Assembly: GCA_023412455.1 (NCBI GenBank)
Contig: JAEYNQ010000267.1
Location: 5,302 to 69,301, forward strand
DNA from: Bacillota bacterium
GTDB taxonomy: Bacteria; Bacillota; Clostridia; Lachnospirales; Cellulosilyticaceae
Reading direction: 5' to 3'
Length of the DNA: 64,000 nucleotides
This document shows positions 56,119-64,000 of the stretch, piece after piece. Position numbers and translations under genes: made by a program. Position 1 is the first letter of the stretch. Each line of letters opens with the position of its first letter. The notes beneath the pieces are model-generated. The model made no database searches and had not been told where the DNA came from. It saw only the letters and a program-made list of their open reading frames with translations.

Positions 56119-58489
56119 TGTATTAGGGAAAAAACGTCTTTATTTTGATGGAGCTATGGGGACAGTATTACAAGCTAAAGGGATTAAGCTAGGGGAACTA
56201 CCTGAAAGCTATAATTATACGAAGCCAGAGGTTATAGAAGAAATTCATAGAGAATATTTAGAGGCAGGAGCAGACTTTATAACAACCAACACCTTCGGAG
56301 CCAATCGCTATAAGTTAAGAAAGACAGAATATACTGTGGAAGGTATGATTTTAAAGGCTACAGAGCTGGCCAATAAGGCTAGAAAAGGCTATGAGGATAA
56401 ATATATTGCATTAGACATAGGTTCTACAGGAAAAGTACTTAAACCTATTGGCGATGTGAGCTTTGAAGAAGTCTATGATGTATTTAAGGAACAGGTTATA
56501 GCAGGAACAAAAGCAGGGTGTGATGTGATTCTCTTTGAGACCTTTACTGATTTATATGAGTTGAAGGCAGGGATATTAGCTGCCAAAGAGAATAGCCAGT
56601 TACCTATTTTTTGCACCATGAGTTTTGAAGAAAATGGACGTACTTTCTTTGGAAGCAGTGTAGAGAGTATGGTTTTGACCTTAGAAGCCTTGGGTGTTGA
56701 TGCCTTAGGTGTTAATTGCTCCTTAGGTCCAAAGGAATTAAAGCCGATTATTGAAAAGATAACGCAGATGGCCTCTATTCCTATACTTGTTCAGCCTAAT
56801 GCAGGGTTGCCTGTTATGAAAGATGGAGGAGTTTATTACGATATTACGGAGGAAGCATTTGCCGATTATATGGAAGCGTTTGCAAAGATGGGGGTTTCCC
56901 TACTAGGAGGATGCTGTGGAACTTCCAGTCGTTATATTAAAGCAACTGTAGAAAAGACCAAGACAATACCTTATTGCTCGCCTGAACCGAAAGCCATAAC
57001 AGGTATATGTAGTAATGGGCAAGCTGTTTATTTTGATGATGTACGTATTATTGGAGAGAGACTTAATCCAACGGGTAAGAAATTGCTTCAACAAGCCCTT
57101 CGTAACGAAGATATGGATTATATTTTAAATGAAGCCATGCAACAAGAAAAACAAGGAGCTCATATTTTAGATGTCAATGTGGGGCTCCCTGATATTGATG
57201 AAGTGGCCATGCTGAAGGAAGTTATTATGGAAGTACAGGCTACAGTCAAATTACCCCTTCAGATTGATTCTTCCAATCCCGAGGCCTTAGAGGAAGCAGC
57301 ACGAATTTATAATGGTAAGCCTATTATTAATTCAGTAAATGGCAAAAAAGAGAGCTTAGATACCATACTTCCCATTGCTAAGAAGTATGGAGCATGTATA
57401 CTAGGTCTTACATTAGATGAAACAGGGATACCAGCTTCAGCTGAAGAAAGGCTAGCAGTAGCTAAAAGAATTGTAGAAGCTGCTTTAGAGATAGGTATAC
57501 CTAGAAAAGATATTCTTATTGATTGCCTTGTTGTAACAGCTTCTGCACAGCAAGATTTGGTAATAGAGACACTTAAGGCCGTTCGACTAGTAAAAGAACA
57601 ACTAGGTGTTAAAACAGTTCTAGGAGTGAGTAATGTATCCTTTGGGCTTCCTAATCGCCCTGCTATTAACAAAACAATGTTAGGGATGGCTCTTATGCAA
57701 GGCTTAGATGCACCTATTATGAACCCAGGAGATCAGGGTATGCTAGAAACCATTCGTGCTTATCGTGTACTAGTAGGCAAGGATAAAGACTCTAAAGATT
57801 ATATTGCGGGGAATACTCAAGTAGCAACAGAAGACATGGTTAGAGATACAAAGGATAAAAGAGAAGAAACCATAGATTTGCAGCAAGCCATTATAACAGG
57901 CCTTAAGGAAGCTGCAGCCAATGCCACTAAGAGTAAAATCTTAGAAACCAAACCTTTAGAAATTATAGAACAAGAAATAGTTCCTGCTCTAAATAAAGTA
58001 GGAGAGCTTTATGAAAAGCAAAGCATTTTCTTGCCACAGCTTATTAAGTCAGCAGAGGCTGCAAAAAGAGCCTTTGAAGTGCTCCAAAATGCATTTTCTA
58101 AAGAAGAGGGACTAGAGAATACCAATAAAACAAAAGTAGCTTTAGCCACTGTCTATGGCGATATTCATGATATTGGTAAAAATATTGTGAAGGTCATTAT
58201 GGAAAACTATAATTTTGAAGTATATGATTTAGGGAAAGATGTTCCTACAGAAGTAATCATAGAAGCCGTACAACGGTTTGATATAAAAATAGTGGGATTA
58301 AGTGCATTAATGACAACTACTGTGGCAAGTATGAAGGCTACTATTAAAGCTCTAAAACAAAAATGCCCTCACGTAAAAGTGATAGTAGGAGGGGCTGTTT
58401 TGACGCCAGAATTAGCAGATTTTGTAGAAGCTCATTATTATGCAAAAGATGCAATGGAGACGGTTAGAATTGCTGAAAAAATAAAATAA
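56099..58489 (+). CDS. metH: Methionine synthase core (homocysteine S-methyltransferase + pterin-binding + B12-binding domains)
   Basis: The Hcy domain reads YFDGAMGT...GGCCGT. A pterin-binding barrel follows. The cobalamin motifs are GDIHDIGKNIV (DxHxxG), SALMTTT and GGA. It is 796 aa and lacks the activation domain. Confidence 0.85.
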   Translation: MNIVVYDVLGKKRLYFDGAMGTVLQAKGIKLGELPESYNYTKPEVIEEIHREYLEAGADFITTNTFGANRYKLRKTEYTVEGMILKATELANKARKGYEDKYIALDIGSTGKVLKPIGDVSFEEVYDVFKEQVIAGTKAGCDVILFETFTDLYELKAGILAAKENSQLPIFCTMSFEENGRTFFGSSVESMVLTLEALGVDALGVNCSLGPKELKPIIEKITQMASIPILVQPNAGLPVMKDGGVYYDITEEAFADYMEAFAKMGVSLLGGCCGTSSRYIKATVEKTKTIPYCSPEPKAITGICSNGQAVYFDDVRIIGERLNPTGKKLLQQALRNEDMDYILNEAMQQEKQGAHILDVNVGLPDIDEVAMLKEVIMEVQATVKLPLQIDSSNPEALEEAARIYNGKPIINSVNGKKESLDTILPIAKKYGACILGLTLDETGIPASAEERLAVAKRIVEAALEIGIPRKDILIDCLVVTASAQQDLVIETLKAVRLVKEQLGVKTVLGVSNVSFGLPNRPAINKTMLGMALMQGLDAPIMNPGDQGMLETIRAYRVLVGKDKDSKDYIAGNTQVATEDMVRDTKDKREETIDLQQAIITGLKEAAANATKSKILETKPLEIIEQEIVPALNKVGELYEKQSIFLPQLIKSAEAAKRAFEVLQNAFSKEEGLENTNKTKVALATVYGDIHDIGKNIVKVIMENYNFEVYDLGKDVPTEVIIEAVQRFDIKIVGLSALMTTTVASMKATIKALKQKCPHVKVIVGGAVLTPELADFVEAHYYAKDAMETVRIAEKIK

Positions 58490-58824
58490 TATACATTTAA
58501 TCGTTGACGATAAAACAAGGTTTTATGAGAGTTTCACAAGATAAAAAGAAATTAATGGAAAAAAATAATATTATATTTGATTTTATCTGTAACTTAGTAT
58601 AAATTATTAGTATGGCCTTTTATTAATATTGGCGATAGTGTTATAAACACTGCTTTTGTGAAGACATGAGCAATGACTACTTGAGAGGGTTACTATTAAA
58701 GGATAGCGATTATAGGGATAACAGAATCATAGGGGATGGTATACAAAATAGGTAATATAGTATAGAAAACGTAGAAGTGCTCATTCGAGACGTTTAAGGT
58801 TTACCCAAAGGGGAGGGAATAAAC

Positions 58825-59886
58825 ATGGCTAATGAGACATTGGATAATACGCAAGAAGTGATTAATTACTTAGAAACAGAATTGCAACAACAGCGTGGTA
58901 TGTTATGGGTTTTTGGCGAGATTATGAAACAAGCAGTCAATATCAGTTCCTTTAAACAATTAATGGAAGTTATAACAGATATGCTGATGGGAGTAATGGG
59001 GGTAACCACTTGTTACTTATGGGTGAAGAATGAAGAGGATTATAAGCTTTATTTTAGAAGTATAGAGCTTCAGAATGAGTTTAGTGAGATGAAGACTACA
59101 GAAGTCCCTGGTTTTATTAAGCAGCTAAAAGAGTCCTATACTTTCCCGAAAGAAGAGATAACACAGCCTTTATTAAAGTGTCTCAGTGTACCTTCTTCTA
59201 GACATGTGGTACCTCTTAGAAATTTTAATGATAACAGCATATTTGGAGCATTGGTATTAGAGCATGAGGCGCCAAACTTTTTTACAGATAATACCATTGT
59301 GTTTTTTGAAACCTTAACTATTTTTATTTCTATCAATGCTCAGAACTCACGATTGCTTCAAACAGTTGCCAAGGAGTCAGAGACGGATCCATTAACAGGG
59401 GCCTATAATAGGCGTTATATGCAAAAGATATTAGATAAGGTTACGAAATCACAGAGTACCCTGTCTGTAGCAGTTATTGACACGGATAATTTTAAAACGA
59501 TAAACGATGTACTAGGCCACCTCCAAGGAGATGTAGTGCTGAAAGCTATTGCACAAATGGCTAGAGGCTGTGTAAAAGAGTATGGAGGTGAAGTCATTCG
59601 GTACGGAGGCGATGAATTTGTGGTTTTACTTCCTGTACCCTTTGAGGATGCCATACATATTTTTGAGGAGTTAAGACGTTCAGTTCACTATATACAGATA
59701 ACTTATGAAATTGAACTGCCTATAGCTATTACAATCGGGGCATGCTGTTATCCTGATATGGTTGAAGAGCCTATTCAAGCTGTTAAAGCAGCAGATAATG
59801 CCCTTTTAAGAGGAAAAGCAAAAGGAAAGAATAGAGTAGTAGTAGCCATAGATGAAGATATTGCAAAAAGTAAAATTGGTAAATAG
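58825..59886 (+). CDS. Diguanylate cyclase (GAF-like N-terminal domain + GGDEF)
   Basis: It has DPLTGAYNRRY and the RYGGDEF active site. No EAL domain is present. Confidence 0.85.
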   Translation: MANETLDNTQEVINYLETELQQQRGMLWVFGEIMKQAVNISSFKQLMEVITDMLMGVMGVTTCYLWVKNEEDYKLYFRSIELQNEFSEMKTTEVPGFIKQLKESYTFPKEEITQPLLKCLSVPSSRHVVPLRNFNDNSIFGALVLEHEAPNFFTDNTIVFFETLTIFISINAQNSRLLQTVAKESETDPLTGAYNRRYMQKILDKVTKSQSTLSVAVIDTDNFKTINDVLGHLQGDVVLKAIAQMARGCVKEYGGEVIRYGGDEFVVLLPVPFEDAIHIFEELRRSVHYIQITYEIELPIAITIGACCYPDMVEEPIQAVKAADNALLRGKAKGKNRVVVAIDEDIAKSKIGK

Positions 59887-59985
59887 CAATCTGAAATCGG
59901 GCAGAATACATAGTTCTACGAAACTTACATATTCTATCCATAAGTAGGTTGATATTTGAAGTATTAAATACCAAGGAGTAAAAGT

Positions 59986-61140
59986 ATGGATAAAATGAAG
60001 GTTATGAGTATATTTGGTACAAGGCCAGAAGCCGTAAAAATGGCACCTCTTGTACTGGAATTACAAAAGAATATCAACATACAGAGCTTAGTATGTGTTA
60101 CAGCTCAACATCGTGAAATGTTAGACCAAGTTCTTGAATTATTTGAATTACATCCTGACTATGACTTAGATATTATGAAAGAAAGACAAACCTTGACAGG
60201 TATTACAACCCGAGTTTTAGAAGGACTAGAAAAAGTATTAGAAGAAGCTAGGCCAGATATTGTATTGGTCCATGGGGATACAACAACGTCTTTTGTAGCT
60301 GCTCTAGCTGCTTTTTATAAACAGATTAAAGTAGGGCATGTAGAAGCAGGACTTCGAACCTATAACCGTTATGAGCCTTTCCCAGAGGAAATGAATAGGA
60401 AGCTAACAGGTTCTTTGGCCAATTTACATTTTTCACCTACTCCATTAGCAAAAGAGAACTTACTTAAAGAATTTGTCGATGAGAAAGGGATCTATGTAAC
60501 AGGTAATACGGTTATTGATGCTCTTAAAACCACTTTAGAGGAAGACTATACGTTTACTGTAGAAGAGCTTAATCAAATCGATTATGCACACAAGAGGGTC
60601 ATTACTATGACAGCTCATAGAAGAGAGAATTTAGGAGAACCTCTTAGAAATATATGTGAAGCAGTAAAGGCTATCGCCACGGAATACGAAGATCTAGAGA
60701 TTGTTTATGCCGTTCATAAAAACCCTGCTGTGAGAGAGGTAGCTTATGAAGTATTGGGCGATGTAAAAGGTGTACACCTGGTAGAACCTTTAGATATAAA
60801 GGATATGCATAATCTGATGCGTAGGTCTTATTTGGTACTTACAGATTCAGGAGGATTACAAGAAGAAGTTCCCTCTTTAGGAAAACCTGTTTTGGTTCTT
60901 CGCAATGTAACGGAAAGACCTGAAGGGGTAGAAGCAGGCACTCTTAAATTAGCAGGAATTGAAAGAGAAACCATTTATAAGCTGACTAAGGAACTTCTAG
61001 AAGATAAGGAGTTATATACTCAAATGGCACAAGCCAAGAATCCTTTTGGAGATGGTGAAGCCTCAAGGCGTATAGTAGAAGCCATTCTCTATGAATTTGG
61101 CAAAGTTTCTGAACGCCCAAAGGATTACTTATATAAGTAA
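59986..61140 (+). CDS. wecB: UDP-N-acetylglucosamine 2-epimerase (non-hydrolysing)
   Basis: It has FGTRPEAVKMAPL, HVEAGLRT and DSGGLQEE. It is 384 aa. Confidence 0.9.
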   Translation: MDKMKVMSIFGTRPEAVKMAPLVLELQKNINIQSLVCVTAQHREMLDQVLELFELHPDYDLDIMKERQTLTGITTRVLEGLEKVLEEARPDIVLVHGDTTTSFVAALAAFYKQIKVGHVEAGLRTYNRYEPFPEEMNRKLTGSLANLHFSPTPLAKENLLKEFVDEKGIYVTGNTVIDALKTTLEEDYTFTVEELNQIDYAHKRVITMTAHRRENLGEPLRNICEAVKAIATEYEDLEIVYAVHKNPAVREVAYEVLGDVKGVHLVEPLDIKDMHNLMRRSYLVLTDSGGLQEEVPSLGKPVLVLRNVTERPEGVEAGTLKLAGIERETIYKLTKELLEDKELYTQMAQAKNPFGDGEASRRIVEAILYEFGKVSERPKDYLYK

Positions 61141-61177
61141 ATAAATAAAACGATTTAGAGCTGCTATGAGGTGAAGG

Positions 61178-61405
61178 ATGAAAAAAAATAATTGGGTAAG
61201 CTGTCTTTCATTGATTTCTCAAGTAGGCATTTCCATGGTGGTACCTATTCTACTATGTATATGGTTTGGTAATTTTTTAGATACTAAAACAAGTAAAGAA
61301 CCACTTTTTACTATTATTTTTGTATTCTTGGGAGTAGGAGCAGCGTTTCGGAATTTGTTTTATACAGTGGGTAAGGAGATTAAGAAAGGAGAAAAGCATG
61401 AGTAA
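61178..61405 (+). CDS. AtpZ/AtpI-family small membrane protein
   Basis: It is 75 aa with 2 TM segments. It is the first gene of the atp cluster and overlaps the next ORF by 8 nt. Confidence 0.6.
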   Translation: MKKNNWVSCLSLISQVGISMVVPILLCIWFGNFLDTKTSKEPLFTIIFVFLGVGAAFRNLFYTVGKEIKKGEKHE

Positions 61406-61772
61406 GGTTAACCTAAAGGAAAACATCATGTATTTAGCTATGATAGGCTTTACCTTAGTTATTTATGCTATAGGACTCTTGATAGTTTCTAATAAATGGA
61501 GTTGGAGCCTGGGCATACTTTTTGGACTTTTAATTTCTCTTCTAAAATATAAGTTAATGGAAAATACCTTTAAAAGAGCAGTATTAATGCCAGAAGAAAA
61601 AGCAAAGTCTTATACGAGTAGACATTACATGTTAAGGTACCTTTTAACAGGAGTAGTTCTCTTTGTGGCAGCAATAGAACCAAGTATTGATATTATTGGT
61701 GTTTTTTTTGGACTTATATCTATGAAATTAGCTGCTTATATGCAGTTGGCCTTAAGAAAGCAAGACAACTAA
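61398..61772 (+). CDS. atpI: ATP synthase protein I
   Basis: It is a 124-aa, 4-TM protein immediately upstream of atpB. Confidence 0.6.
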   Translation: MSKVNLKENIMYLAMIGFTLVIYAIGLLIVSNKWSWSLGILFGLLISLLKYKLMENTFKRAVLMPEEKAKSYTSRHYMLRYLLTGVVLFVAAIEPSIDIIGVFFGLISMKLAAYMQLALRKQDN

Positions 61773-61847
61773 GACCATTCAACTTGGGCAAATAGAGCTT
61801 TTTAGCTCATTGCATATATAATTTTTTATGGAAAGGAGCGTGACTAG

Positions 61848-63403
<1,556 letters not shown>

Positions 63404-63450
63404 TCGAACCATAAAATGCATCACGGGCATAGAAAGGAGGGAGCTTCCCT

Positions 63451-64000
63451 TTGAATACATCATTTATAACAGTATTATCAGCAACAGCAGAACCGGGAAG
63501 AATTATTGGATTTGACGCACAATTACTTTTTGATTTAGCTGAGCAATGGTTTGCAACAATGCTTATTGTATTTGTTTTATATAAGCTATTATTTAAGCCT
63601 GTTACAGAATTCCTAGATAAACGTCGCGCTGGTATTGCAAAAAACATTGATGACGCCAATAAGTCAAAAGTAGAAGCAATGGAACTTAAAAAGGATTATG
63701 AGTCAAGAATCGCTAAAATCGAGGATGAAGCTAACCAAATCCTAAAAGAAACACGTGCAAAAGCACTTGTTAGAGAAGAGCAAATCATCAAGGAAGCTAA
63801 AGAAGAGGCTGAAAATATAAAACGTAAAGCTTTAAATGACATTAAGTTAGAGCAAGAACGTGTAAAAGATGAAATGAAAAAAGAAATCATTGAAATATCT
63901 ACAGTTATGGCTAGCAAATTCGTAAGTAGCAACATTGATGAAGTAAAGCAAAGTGAGATGATAGATGACATTATCAAAGAGATGGGGGATGTACAGTGGC
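63451..64000 (+). CDS. atpF: F0F1 ATP synthase subunit b; 3' end runs off the window (not in the ORF track)
   Basis: A TTG start lies 9 nt after AAAGGAGGGA, and the frame is open to base 64000. One TM (WFATMLIVFVLYKLLFKPV) is followed by a long charged helix (DKRRAGIAKNIDDANKSK...). The gene is in the expected operon position. Confidence 0.8.
   Translation, partial: MNTSFITVLSATAEPGRIIGFDAQLLFDLAEQWFATMLIVFVLYKLLFKPVTEFLDKRRAGIAKNIDDANKSKVEAMELKKDYESRIAKIEDEANQILKETRAKALVREEQIIKEAKEEAENIKRKALNDIKLEQERVKDEMKKEIIEISTVMASKFVSSNIDEVKQSEMIDDIIKEMGDVQW

Noticed and set aside
58490-58824. A riboswitch (for example c-di-GMP class I/II) in the 335-nt gap upstream of the GGDEF gene
   Set aside because: I could not find the conserved GEMM or c-di-GMP-II sequence blocks, or any extended conserved-looking helices. 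Only small local hairpins are present. The question stays open pending a covariance-model scan.

Overview
This is an AT-rich chromosomal segment from a low-GC, endospore-forming Firmicute, probably a Clostridia-type organism (abrB, spmAB, WalRK, a T-box-controlled ileS, a Na+-signature F-ATPase). I support about 57 protein-coding genes, almost all core functions. In order they are: the walR(partial)-walK operon with three exported accessory genes, murA, asnB, and two HD-GYP phosphodiesterases flanking a Cys-rich small protein, a beta-sandwich protein and a YkvI-like permease. Next come a MORN protein, spmB-spmA, abrB, a long stand-alone RelA/SpoT-fold protein and aconitase. An acid-sugar locus follows: LacI, ABC transporter, enolase-superfamily dehydratase and RraA-like aldolase. 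An inverted tsaC-rpiB-upp-tagO block comes next, then glgP, an M18 aminopeptidase, a Zn/Cd-type P1B ATPase, corA, an MCP, ileS, pncB, plsC, fapA and cls. The window ends with yihY, mpg, a split metH, a GGDEF cyclase, wecB and the start of the atp operon (atpZ-atpI-atpB, a duplicated c subunit, a normal c subunit, and atpF running off the window). I saw no rRNA, tRNA, CRISPR array, transposase, integrase or phage genes, so there is no obvious mobile island. The best follow-up candidates are these: (1) the 494-aa monocistronic RelA/SpoT-synthetase-fold protein with a long unassigned C-terminal domain, which has a fused toxSAS/CapRel-like architecture. (2) A CGC-repeat, poly-Glu 91-aa protein paired with a DUF11-like protein. 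(3) A three-copy, same-strand ~78-nt intergenic repeat ending in a wobble-preserved hairpin plus U-run. (4) An Acetobacterium-type F/V-hybrid c-ring gene pair. (5) A dehydratase plus RraA-aldolase catabolic locus with an unknown substrate. All functional calls come from motif reading and remembered family signatures. No database search was run.
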